From Myxococcales bacterium (GTDB lineage Bacteria; Myxococcota_A; Polyangia; Polyangiales; Polyangiaceae), in assembly GCA_043747615.1 (NCBI GenBank), contig JAYTOU010000082.1, positions 1 to 38,781 on the forward strand: a DNA stretch of 38,781 nt. The letters run 5' to 3'. A program made the translations under genes and the position numbers. The notes under the pieces were generated by a model. The model searched no databases, was not told where the DNA came from, and was given only the letters and a program-made list of their open reading frames with translations. The first letter of the stretch is position 1, and each line of letters opens with the position of its first letter. This document shows positions 30,216-38,781 of the stretch, in pieces.

Positions 30216-30575
30216 CTAGTCCTTCTTCGCTGGAGCTGCGGCCGGCGCTGCGGGTGCGGCGCTCTCTTTCTTCGTTTCCGTCTTCGTTTCCGTCTTCGTC
30301 TCGGTCTTCGCGTCGGACTTCGTGTCGCTCTTCGCGTCGGACGAGGGCTTGTCGGCGCCGCCGGTCGAGTCCCCCTTGCTGGCGGATTTCGGCTTCGACG
30401 AGTAGGCGTCCGCGTACCAGCCGCCCCCCTTCAAAATGAAACTGCCGCCGCTTATCTGGCGCTTGGCTGTCTCATTTTTACATTTCGGGCAGGTGGTGAG
30501 AGCGGGCTCAGAGATCTTCTGAACGTCTTCCCAAGTGTTTCCGCAGCTGGCGCACGCATATTCGTAGGTAGGCAT
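30216..30575 (-). CDS. FmdB-family zinc-ribbon protein with a low-complexity tail
   Basis: MPTYEYACASCG...CPKC...FILKGGGWYADAY. Confidence 0.9.
   Translation of the reverse strand: MPTYEYACASCGNTWEDVQKISEPALTTCPKCKNETAKRQISGGSFILKGGGWYADAYSSKPKSASKGDSTGGADKPSSDAKSDTKSDAKTETKTETKTETKKESAAPAAPAAAPAKKD
30271..30342. repeat. Six degenerate 12-bp coding repeats (SDAK/SDTK/TETK) in the FmdB tail
   Basis: ttcgtttccgtc x2, ttcgtctcggtc, ttcgcgtcggac, ttcgtgtcgctc, ttcgcgtcggac. Confidence 0.85.
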
Positions 30576-30711
30576 CAGAAGGCGCCGACCAGGTAACGCG
30601 GCTTGGGCCGAAGGACAAGGGCTACGCTGTGTGTCAGGCCGGAGTGATGCACTTTGGCGCCCACCGCGAAGTCTAAGGTTGCGAAACTTGACACGTCCGC
30701 GTACCGTCCCG

Positions 30712-30751
30712 TGACCCTATGTGAAGTGACCATACGTTTGGCATAGGGTCA
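30712..30751. promoter_or_regulatory. Perfect 10-bp inverted repeat upstream of smc
   Basis: TGACCCTATG (30712-30721) and CATAGGGTCA (30742-30751) with a 20-nt spacer. Function unknown. Confidence 0.5.
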
Positions 30752-30790
30752 GTCCAGCGGTTTGTCCTTGTTCGAGATGGAGGCGGTTCC

Positions 30791-33700
30791 GTGAAGATTA
30801 AGAAGCTGGAGATGATCGGGTTCAAGTCGTTCGTGGACCGGACCATCGTGAACTTCGATCACGAGGTGCTCGGCATCGTAGGCCCGAACGGCTGCGGAAA
30901 ATCGAACATCGTCGACGCCATTCGCTGGTGCATGGGCGAACAGTCCGCAAAGCACCTCCGCGGACGCAGCATGGACGACGTCATCTTCAGCGGTTCGGAG
31001 ACCCGAAGCGCGCACGATTTCGCCGAGGTCACCCTCACCTTCACGAACGACGGCGGCGAAGTCCCGATCGAGTACCGCGACTACCCCGAGATCGCCGTCA
31101 CGCGCCGTCTGAATCGCAACGGCGACAGCGACTACCTGATCAACAAGACCCAAGTCCGACTGAAGGACGTCACGGATCTATTCCTCGGAACGGGCGTCGG
31201 CACCAAGGCCTACTCGATCATCGAACAGGGGAAAATCGGCCTGATCGTCAGCGCGAAGCCGGAGGACCGGCGTCTCCTGATCGAGGAAGCCGCGGGCATC
31301 ACCAAGTACAAGTCGAAGAAGAAGCAAGCCGAGCGGAAGATGGAAATGACGCAGCAAAATCTGCTGCGCGTCGGGGACATCGTCGCCGAGATCGAGCGCA
31401 ACCTCGGATCGCTCAAGCGTCAGGCAGCGAAGGCCGAGCGGTACCTCTCGTACCGAAACGAGCTCGAAGACCTGCAGCTCCACGACGCGTCCTCGCGCTA
31501 CCTCGAGACCATCGGCTGGATCAAGCTCGAGACCGGCGAAGTCACGCGTCTCACCGAGGAGAGCGATCGCGCGCGGTCCACCCTCGTGGCTCGCGAAGCC
31601 GAGCTCGAGGGCGTGCGACTCGAAGCGCACGCGGCCGAAGAGCGCCTCGACGTTGCCCAGAACACCAGCTTTGGCGCGGAAAACGAGGTCCGCACCGAAG
31701 AAGCGGCCATCGATCGCGCAAAAGACAAGATCACGAGCCTCCGCGCGCGTGAGGCGCAGGCCACCGTCGAAGAACGCGAGATCGACGAGCAGGCGGAGCG
31801 CCTTCGTCAGGAGCGTGAAGCATTCGCCATCGACGTGGCGACGCTATCCGAAGAAGAGTCGGCCCAGGCCGAGCAAGTGGAGTCGGAGGAGTTCCGTCTC
31901 GCGGAGGTCGCCGAGGAGCACCAACGCGCGTCCGCTTCCCTCACCGAGCTCCGGCACTCGATGTCGAAATCACGGTCGGAGATCGCGAGCGCCGAGGCCA
32001 AGCTCGCCGGCTTCGAGCGCCGCCGCATGGAGATGGAAGCGCGGCTCGAGAAGTACCGTGCGGAGCGCGACGATCTCGAAGGCTCGCAGATCGAGCAGAG
32101 CGCGCGGGCGCGTGAGCTCGAAAAAGAAGTCGAAGATCTCCGCACCGGCAAGGTCACGAGCGCCGAAGAAAAGGAGGGCTGCGAGGTCCGCCTCACCGCG
32201 CTCAAATCCGAAATCAACTCGAGCGAGCGCCTTCTCGACGAGGTCAAGGGGGAGTTCGCCCGCAAGCGCTCACGCATGCACGCGCTCCTCGAGATGCAGG
32301 CCCGGCTCGAAGGCGTCGGCGCGGGCGTAAAGGCCCTCATCGCGACGAAGGACGACTGCATCCGCGGGCTCGTCGCCGATCGTATCGAAGCTCCGCCCGA
32401 GCTCACGCCGGCGCTCGCTGGCCTTCTCGGAAGCCGCCTGCAAGACGTCGTCGTGCGCGACGTGGAGCACGCCGTCACCCTCCTCGAAGAGATGGCGCGG
32501 TCGAAGAAGGGGCGCGCTACGATCACTCCGATGCGCCCGCGGTACGTGGCGGGCGCCCATGCCAGCGTCCCGGTGGGCGACGGGGTGATCTGCCGTCTGG
32601 TCGACGAGCTTCGCTACGCCGCGGAGGACGAGTCGCTCGTTCATGCCCTGGTGGGCGATGCCGTGGTGGTGATCGATCTCGATGCGGCGCGTCGCGTTCG
32701 CGAAAACATGCACCATGCACCGATCGTCACCCTTGCGGGAACCGTGCTTTTTCCCGACGGACGCGTGGCCGGCGGCACCGGCGAAGACGTGGCGGCAGGG
32801 ATGCTCGACTCGAAGCGGGAGACCCGCGAGCTCGGCAACGAAGTGGAGCGGCTCGAGGCCCTCGTCAGCGAGCGGCTAGGGCTTCACCAAGCGCTACGCG
32901 GCGCCATCGCGGAGACCCAAGGCGCCCTCGATCGCGCACGCCACCAAGCGCACGCCGACGAGCTGGCGACGGTCACTGCGGAAAAAGATCTCCGCGCGGC
33001 GCACACTCAGCTCGAAGCCAGCCGCAGGCGCCTCGAAGTCCTCGCGGCAGAAACCGAAGATCTCGCCCACCATCTCCACGAAGCATCGGGCGAACGTGAT
33101 GAAGCGCAGCGCATTCTCGGAGAAGCGCAGTCGCTCCTCGACGACGTGACCGCGAAAATGGCCGACGGTGAGGTCCTCGCCGCGTCGTGGCAAGAGCAAG
33201 TCAGCGAGCTCCGGCACATCGTCACCGAGAAGAAGATGCGTCTCGCAGGCGCGCGCGAGAAGCTCAACGCCGCGCGGGGCACGCTCCTTCGGCTCGATCG
33301 GAGCACGAGTGAGCTCGTCGAGCGCAAGAACAGGCTCGAAGTCGAGCTCGCCGTCGGAGCCCGCGCGTTCGGAGAGACCGCCGCGGTCCTCATGGCCCAC
33401 AAGTCGAAGCTTCAAGACGCGCTCGACGTCGCGCGGGCCGCCATGGCCGTGCTCGAGACGACGCGGGCCGCGTACGAGACCATCCGCGCCGGTCTCACCG
33501 AGCGCGAGCTTGCGTTGAAGGAGCTGCGCATGCAAGCCGACGACGCGCGCGAATTGCTCGGCGAGCACGAGATGACCCTCCGCGAGAAAGAGCTCGCGAT
33601 GCAGCACATTCTCGAGGGGGTAGCCGAAAAGTTCCGGGGTCTCCGGCTAGAGCGTGTGATCGGCGACTACCACCTTCGTCCGCCGCCGGACGAGGAGATG

Positions 33701-34381
33701 CGCTCCCGCGCGAACGACCTCGTCCACCTCATCGAACGCATGGGCAGCGTCAATCTGGACGCGATGCGCGAGCACACCGAGGCCGAGACCCGGTTCACGT
33801 TCTACTCGACCCAGAAAGAGGATCTCGAGAAGGCCCTCGCCGATCTCGAGCGCGCCATCGGCCAGATGAACCGCGAGTCGAAGAAGCTCTTCGCGCAGAC
33901 GTTCGAGGCCGTGAACCTCAAGTTCCAAGAAATCTTCCCCAAGATGTTCCGCGGCGGCCGCGCGTCTTTGCGGCTCACCAACCCGGACGACATGCTCGAG
34001 ACGGGCATCGACATTCTCGCTCAGCCTCCGGGGAAGAAGCTCTCGAGCATCGAGCTCATGTCGGGCGGCGAAAAAGCGCTCACCGCCGTTTCGCTCATCT
34101 TCGCGATCTTCCAGATCAAGCCCTCGCCCTTCTGCATCCTCGACGAGGTCGACGCGCCGCTCGATGAAGCGAACGTCGCCCGCTACAACGACATGGTCCG
34201 CTCGATGACCGATCGCTCGCAGTTCATTCTCATCACCCACATCAAGCGCACCATGCAGCTGGTCGACGTCCTCTACGGCGTCACCATGCAAGAGTCCGGT
34301 GTCTCTCGTTTGGTGAGCGTGAAGATGAACGATTCACTCGAGAAAAAGCGGCCGATCCAAGAGAACGTCGCCGTCGCGTAG
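30791..34381 (+). CDS. smc: Chromosome segregation protein SMC
   Basis: GFKSF, GPNGCGKSN, IIEQG, coiled coils, hinge G-x6-G-x3-GG, SGGEK and LDEVDAPLD. GGAGG RBS before the GTG start. Confidence 0.97.
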   Translation: MKIKKLEMIGFKSFVDRTIVNFDHEVLGIVGPNGCGKSNIVDAIRWCMGEQSAKHLRGRSMDDVIFSGSETRSAHDFAEVTLTFTNDGGEVPIEYRDYPEIAVTRRLNRNGDSDYLINKTQVRLKDVTDLFLGTGVGTKAYSIIEQGKIGLIVSAKPEDRRLLIEEAAGITKYKSKKKQAERKMEMTQQNLLRVGDIVAEIERNLGSLKRQAAKAERYLSYRNELEDLQLHDASSRYLETIGWIKLETGEVTRLTEESDRARSTLVAREAELEGVRLEAHAAEERLDVAQNTSFGAENEVRTEEAAIDRAKDKITSLRAREAQATVEEREIDEQAERLRQEREAFAIDVATLSEEESAQAEQVESEEFRLAEVAEEHQRASASLTELRHSMSKSRSEIASAEAKLAGFERRRMEMEARLEKYRAERDDLEGSQIEQSARARELEKEVEDLRTGKVTSAEEKEGCEVRLTALKSEINSSERLLDEVKGEFARKRSRMHALLEMQARLEGVGAGVKALIATKDDCIRGLVADRIEAPPELTPALAGLLGSRLQDVVVRDVEHAVTLLEEMARSKKGRATITPMRPRYVAGAHASVPVGDGVICRLVDELRYAAEDESLVHALVGDAVVVIDLDAARRVRENMHHAPIVTLAGTVLFPDGRVAGGTGEDVAAGMLDSKRETRELGNEVERLEALVSERLGLHQALRGAIAETQGALDRARHQAHADELATVTAEKDLRAAHTQLEASRRRLEVLAAETEDLAHHLHEASGERDEAQRILGEAQSLLDDVTAKMADGEVLAASWQEQVSELRHIVTEKKMRLAGAREKLNAARGTLLRLDRSTSELVERKNRLEVELAVGARAFGETAAVLMAHKSKLQDALDVARAAMAVLETTRAAYETIRAGLTERELALKELRMQADDARELLGEHEMTLREKELAMQHILEGVAEKFRGLRLERVIGDYHLRPPPDEEMRSRANDLVHLIERMGSVNLDAMREHTEAETRFTFYSTQKEDLEKALADLERAIGQMNRESKKLFAQTFEAVNLKFQEIFPKMFRGGRASLRLTNPDDMLETGIDILAQPPGKKLSSIELMSGGEKALTAVSLIFAIFQIKPSPFCILDEVDAPLDEANVARYNDMVRSMTDRSQFILITHIKRTMQLVDVLYGVTMQESGVSRLVSVKMNDSLEKKRPIQENVAVA

Positions 34382-34382
34382 G

Positions 34383-34913
34383 TCAGGCCGGGCACACTCT
34401 GCTTTGGGTCGTGCACTGAAGATCTTTGTATTCGACATGGAGCAGGAAGACTGGAACCAACGGGTCGACCGGCTCTGCAACGTGGGCGGTGCGAAACTCG
34501 ATCCGGGCGACGTCTCGAGGGACGCCGCACCGATAGACGCGGCTCCACCCGTTGTCCTCGAGGCTGACATCACAGGGAGCCGGGCGTCCATCGAAGAGCA
34601 CTTCCGTCGCGGCGTTTGCGATGGGTGCACTTGCTTCCGCGCGGATAGTGAGGGGCCGGTCGACGACCTGATCCAGAAAGTCCGAGACGGGGATCACGAC
34701 GAACGACGATCCATTTCCGAACTTCCATGGCCTGCAGGTGATGTCAGGATCTGGTCCGCATTCGGCGAGCACGTCCCGCGAGAACACGCAGCGCTTCGTC
34801 TTTGCGCACCAGTCGAGGGCCTCGAAATCCGCGCAACCCGTCGCCTGCGTGCATCGATCGGGACAGCCGGGCAGGACTGCGAGCAAGAGCGCACACCCAA
34901 GTATTTTCAGCAC
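34383..34913 (-). CDS. Cys-rich hypothetical lipoprotein
   Basis: GTG 34913 gives VLKILGCALLLAVLPGC (lipobox-like), followed by multiple Cys residues. Confidence 0.55.
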   Translation of the reverse strand: MLKILGCALLLAVLPGCPDRCTQATGCADFEALDWCAKTKRCVFSRDVLAECGPDPDITCRPWKFGNGSSFVVIPVSDFLDQVVDRPLTIRAEASAPIANAATEVLFDGRPAPCDVSLEDNGWSRVYRCGVPRDVARIEFRTAHVAEPVDPLVPVFLLHVEYKDLQCTTQSRVCPA

Positions 34914-35133
34914 CCCGTACCGTAGCGTATCGGGCGGTGTCGAGGCATCGAGAGGTGCCCACCCCCGTCGCCGCTTCGCAGCGCCGACCCCTCCCAAATC
35001 GCGGCTTCGCCGCTCAGGGAGGGGTAACTCAATGAAAATCGCAGCTCGTCGAGGGACGACTTTGCCGTGGGCGAGAAGACGAGGTCGCGGTCGCTCGTTT
35101 CATGCGCGAAGCCCGCGCGGCTAACACGATCGA

Positions 35134-35544
35134 TCAGGGCAGGTTGGTGACACAAAAGAGCACGCCGGGATTCGCCGTCGCCTCGCACGCCCGCGTCGGC
35201 CCCGCGTCCTGCGGGCACGCGCTCTCCTTCATGCAGTCGCATGTCGCCTCGCCTCCGTCGCACGCCGCCGCGAGCGGAAAGCACGCCGTTCCAGGTGCGC
35301 CGGCCCGCGTGATGTATTTCATGCACACCTCGCTCGCCCCGCAGCTGCAACCCGCCGCGACGTCTCCCATCACATCCGCCTCGCCGCCGTCCCCCACTGC
35401 GTCGAGGAAAGCATCTGCAGACGTGGCATCGACGCCCGCAACGGCGTCGCTCCCGGAGGCGGGGCCGCCGCTGCCACATTGCACGAGGGCGCAGCACGCC
35501 AGGCCGCCCGCAACGAAGCCCGTCCAAGCCATGGTGGTGGTCAT
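35134..35544 (-). CDS. Small secreted Cys-rich myxobacterial-type protein
   Basis: Signal-like N-terminus (GGLACCALVQC), Asp/Ala/Gly-rich linker, and a C-terminal domain with CSC..C..C..C..CDC..C..C..C. Confidence 0.65.
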   Translation of the reverse strand: MTTTMAWTGFVAGGLACCALVQCGSGGPASGSDAVAGVDATSADAFLDAVGDGGEADVMGDVAAGCSCGASEVCMKYITRAGAPGTACFPLAAACDGGEATCDCMKESACPQDAGPTRACEATANPGVLFCVTNLP

Positions 35545-35631
35545 GTGCACCCTATGGCCGCTCGCCGGCGGTCCCGTCAACGACCGATGCAATGCCGGCG
35601 GACGATCGCAGGACGTGCGACCATGCTCACC

Positions 35632-36424
35632 ATGACCACCCGCTACGACGCCATCATCGTCGGCACCGGCCAGGCCGGCCCCTCCCTCGCTCCGGGCCAT
35701 CCTCGAGGCCGAAGGGGTAGCCTTCAAGGTCAACGCAACGTGCGTGAAGGTGGAGAAGCGCGCGGCGGACGGCGTCTCTGTCTCCGTAACGTGCGATGGC
35801 GCCGCAAGCGACGTGATTGGCTCCCACCTGCTGGTGGCCGTCGGGCGCGTCCCTAACACGGGCGACCTGGGGCTCGACGCGGCAGGGGTGGAGACCGACG
35901 CACGCGGCTTCATCGTGGTCGACGACGAGCTTCGCACCAGCGTCCCCGGAATCTGGGCGCTCGGTGACGCCAACGGCAAAGGGGCCTTCACGCACACGTC
36001 GTACAACGACTACGAGATCGTCGCCGCCAACCTCCTCGACGGCGAGGCGCGCCGCGTCTCGCAGCGGATCACCGCGTACGCGCTCTTCACCGACCCGCCC
36101 CTGGCGCGCGCCGGCATGACGGAACACGAGGTCCGCACATCGGGCAAAAAGGCGCTCGTCGGCACGATGCTCATGAGCCGCGTCGGCCGTGCCCGCGAGC
36201 GCGGCGAGACCCAGGGGTTCATGAAGGTGCTCGTCGACGCGGAGAGCCGCAAGATCCTCGGCGCGTCGCTGCTCGGTATCGAAGGCGACGAGGTCATCCA
36301 CTCCATCCTCGACGTGATGTACGCGGGCGCCCCGTGCGACCTCATCGTCCGTGCGATGCACATTCACCCCACGGTATCGGAGCTGATCCCCACGCTCTTG
36401 GGAGATCTCAAGCCGCTCACCTAG
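35632..36424 (+). pseudogene. Pyridine nucleotide-disulfide oxidoreductase (Lpd/MerA-like family) with an internal deletion and frameshift
   Basis: N-terminus MTTRYDAIIVGTGQAGPSLA (35632-35691) is joined out of frame to the C-terminal half RAILEAEGV...LVAVGRVPNT...IWALGD...HIHPTVSE (35693-36424). Confidence 0.85.
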
Positions 36425-36546
36425 CGCGAGGCCACCAGTACTCTCTCGGGAAGCCGCCGCCTGACGTCACACCTCGTGCGATGCCTCCAGCACGATGCGC
36501 AACGCCACGCTGGTCACCGTCTGCCGCGCGGATTAGACACGATGTC

Positions 36547-36966
36547 GTGGTCCTTTCCGCAGACCTCGCGGCGGCGGTGAAGCATCGCCTCGACACGTTC
36601 CTGACGGACGCCGTCACCGACCCTCTCAACTTGCGAGCCGTGGTCGCGAAGTTTGGCGCGCTGCCCTTGGTCACGGACATGGGCGGCTGCATTGCGCTCC
36701 GGCCGGACGGCGCGATCGTGACGTTCGCGTGGGACGAGCCGCACGCGTTCGAAGTCGTCGTGGATGACCGACTGCGGAACGTCGCGCTTTATCAAGGGAG
36801 CTTGAAGTACCCCGAGATCACGGCCCTCGTGCCGAGCCGGCCCGCCGATGCGATCGATTGCCCGCACTGTGGCGGCGCGGGAACGCCGTTGCTCGCGGGG
36901 AACACTATTCCCAACGTGATTTGCTTCTGCGGCGGGCTCGGCTGGGTGCCGCGGACGCTTCGATAG
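36547..36966 (+). CDS. Hypothetical protein with a C-terminal DnaJ-like zinc finger
   Basis: CPHCGGAG...CFCGGLGW motif. Start placed at GTG 36547. Confidence 0.7.
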   Translation: MVLSADLAAAVKHRLDTFLTDAVTDPLNLRAVVAKFGALPLVTDMGGCIALRPDGAIVTFAWDEPHAFEVVVDDRLRNVALYQGSLKYPEITALVPSRPADAIDCPHCGGAGTPLLAGNTIPNVICFCGGLGWVPRTLR

Positions 36967-37663
36967 GGAGAAGCTACTCGTCTGCGCGCGTGAGGTGTGC
37001 CCCTCGGTCGCGCGCACGACCTGCGCTGAGTGGCTCTCGGAGATCGACAAGAGCATTCCGACCATCGTCATCACCGCCCGCGACGAGGGCGGTCGTGAAA
37101 CGGACGCCGTGAAGGTCTCCGTCGATGGCGCGGTCGTGACCGAGCAGCTCGACGGGCGTCCGATTCGGATCGACCCAGGGCTGCACTCCGTTCGATACGA
37201 GCTTCGCTCTGGCAAGGCGTATGAAGAGCGGGCGGTGTTCACCGAGGGCGAGAAAAATCGAAAGCTCTCGGCGGACTTCTCGGTTCCCGTTGCAAAGGAT
37301 CGCCCCCCGCCGCCATCGGAGGCCGCGGCTCCGGCCGCCCCGGAGCGCACGACGCCCACCTCGGTCTTTGTTCTCGGAGGTGTAGCGGCAGTCGGGCTCG
37401 TGTCCTTCGCGGTCTTCGCCGTCTCCGGCAAGTCCACCGAAGGATGCGCTCCAAACTGCTCCGCATCGCAAGTCACTTCTCTGCGCCGCGCCTATCTGAT
37501 CGCGGACGTCTCACTCGGGGTCAGTCTCGTTGCCGCCGGGGCTGCCGCATACATCGCGCTCACCTCGCGCGCGCAGGCGCCGACCCCGAAAGCCCCGCCC
37601 GTCGCGATCGATTGGAAGCCGCTCGTCGGAGGTGGTGCGCTCATCGCCACCGGCTCTTTTTGA
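36965..37663 (+). pseudogene. 5'-truncated Polyangiaceae-type PEGA/membrane-anchored protein
   Basis: The frame reads REKLLVCAREVCPSVARTTCAEWL right at the upstream stop, then PEGA-like VSVDG...IDPGLHSV and C-terminal hydrophobic helices. No signal peptide or plausible native start. Confidence 0.6.
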
Positions 37664-37682
37664 GCTGGGCCCCGCGGCTCAC

Positions 37683-37823
37683 TCAGCAGCCCGGGGTGAC
37701 GGCGCCGCCGGACGCGCAATCGCACCTGCTCTGATCGAGCCGGCAGAGGCCAGAGCAGCACATCGCGTTGGAGTTACAGACGCCATCCTTGGGCAGGCAC
37801 CGCCCCCACGTATTTTTGTCCAA
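37683..37823 (-). CDS. 46-aa Cys-rich knottin-like peptide or gene remnant
   Basis: TTG 37823 gives MDKNTWGRCLPKDGVCNSNAMCCSGLCRLDQSRCDCASGGAVTPGC (8 Cys). Confidence 0.35.
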   Translation of the reverse strand: MDKNTWGRCLPKDGVCNSNAMCCSGLCRLDQSRCDCASGGAVTPGC

Positions 37824-37828
37824 TAGCG

Positions 37829-38781
37829 TCAGCGGCCCGGGGTTTGCGGAACCATGCTCCACCACACACCGCTCTCCGTCGGACGCGTGAAGAATACACG
37901 CGTCGGCGTGACCCCATCGCGCACCGCCCACACCTGCGCGCCTGGAGCGATTACTCCGATCGTGCCGCCCGTGTCCGTCGAGGCCACCACGTCCAGCGCG
38001 GGAATGTTCGGGTCGCGATCCGCCTCGTAGACGACCTCGCTGCCGAGCCATCCCCAGGTGAAGGTCTCCGCCGTTTGCCCCAGCCCCGAATCCGCGCCCT
38101 GCCAGCCGGGCCTTGGTGAGTGATAGAGCTGCGCCATCGTGAAGGCGGGCAGCACCTGTCCAGGGAGCGCGAATCCCGGCCCAGTGCCATCGGCGGGGTA
38201 CAGCGTGAGGGAGCCGTAGATCCCCGACTGCGACTTGCTCGGAGAGGTGAACGCGAGGAGCCGCGGCTGCGAGGTGACCGGCTCGTAAAATCCAGGCTGA
38301 TCGACGGGAACCGAGAGCGCGTGCGCCGTGCCTCCCGCCGTGGGCATCACCGAGAGCTTGCGGGTCGGAAGGAGCATCGCGGCGAGCTCGTGGGCCGGGG
38401 TGAAGCTGCACGAAAAAAAAGCCATCGAGTCCACGGCGAGCGGTCCTGCGATCTCGAGGAAAGCCCCGCTGTGATCGGTGGGTGCCATGGCGAGCGCGTG
38501 GTCGATGCTGGTGGTGGTGATGACTCCGCCGTCGCCGGAGAAGAGGAACGTGTCGCCCCAGTAGCGCGTGGTGGTCAAGGTGAGGACGACATCCGCGCCG
38601 CCGGCGAGGGGGTGAATGGTGATGGAAGCGAGCTTCCCGCCAGTCCCCGAAGTGCCGTAGGCGAGGCGCGTTCCGTCGGGAGAGAAGATCGGCGAGACGA
38701 TCGCAGCGCTGCTCGTGATGAGCGTGTCGCCGCTGCCGTTCGCATTCACCACCCGCACGGTCATGACGGGCCCGGTCCTTC
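37829..38781 (-). CDS. TolB/PD40-like beta-propeller protein, 5' partial
   Basis: SPIFSPDGTRLAY and FSGDG repeats, beta-rich composition, frame open to the window end. Confidence 0.65.
   Translation of the reverse strand, partial: RTGPVMTVRVVNANGSGDTLITSSAAIVSPIFSPDGTRLAYGTSGTGGKLASITIHPLAGGADVVLTLTTTRYWGDTFLFSGDGGVITTTSIDHALAMAPTDHSGAFLEIAGPLAVDSMAFFSCSFTPAHELAAMLLPTRKLSVMPTAGGTAHALSVPVDQPGFYEPVTSQPRLLAFTSPSKSQSGIYGSLTLYPADGTGPGFALPGQVLPAFTMAQLYHSPRPGWQGADSGLGQTAETFTWGWLGSEVVYEADRDPNIPALDVVASTDTGGTIGVIAPGAQVWAVRDGVTPTRVFFTRPTESGVWWSMVPQTPGR

Noticed and set aside
30688..30716. TTGACA as a full sigma-70 promoter for smc
   Set aside because: No convincing -10 hexamer at 16-18 nt spacing, so it was not called as a promoter.
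35545..36006. N-terminal extension of the 290-aa minus-strand ORF
   Set aside because: It is the antisense of the oxidoreductase pseudogene; only 35134-35544 looks coding.
35632..36424. Mercury-resistance locus (merA)
   Set aside because: No C-terminal Cys-Cys pair (it ends in the HPTxSE type) and no merR, merT or merP. The gene is also broken.

Overview
GC-rich chromosomal window, most likely from a myxobacterium of the Polyangiaceae/Sorangiineae type (inferred from PEGA proteins, Cys-rich lipoproteins and myxobacterial-style pilins). From left to right it holds: a partial PEGA membrane protein; pilR, a palindromic upstream site, a sigma-54 promoter, pilA, two atypical pilins, a PilG/XapA-like gene and a lipoprotein; a CAP lipoprotein; nagZ-hutI; a CUT2-type ABC transporter with an aminotransferase; ddl; a PP2C phosphatase head-to-head with a solitary SctV/FlhA export-gate gene; a TPR-like protein; an AI-2E transporter; a pheA-...-aroA-cmk-...-rpsA gene string; an FmdB zinc ribbon; smc; and a 4.4 kb patch of accessory and broken genes. 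The most striking signal is that PheA and AroA are both full-length, uninterrupted ORFs that have lost many catalytic motifs, while Cmk in the same string is canonical. They are interleaved with two distantly paralogous lipoproteins and a small membrane protein, which suggests a repurposed pseudo-enzyme module. The second signal is the orphan SctV, which appears to lack its cytoplasmic D2 subdomain. No rRNA, tRNA, CRISPR array or transposase was recognised. All family calls come from motif recognition by eye, not database searches.
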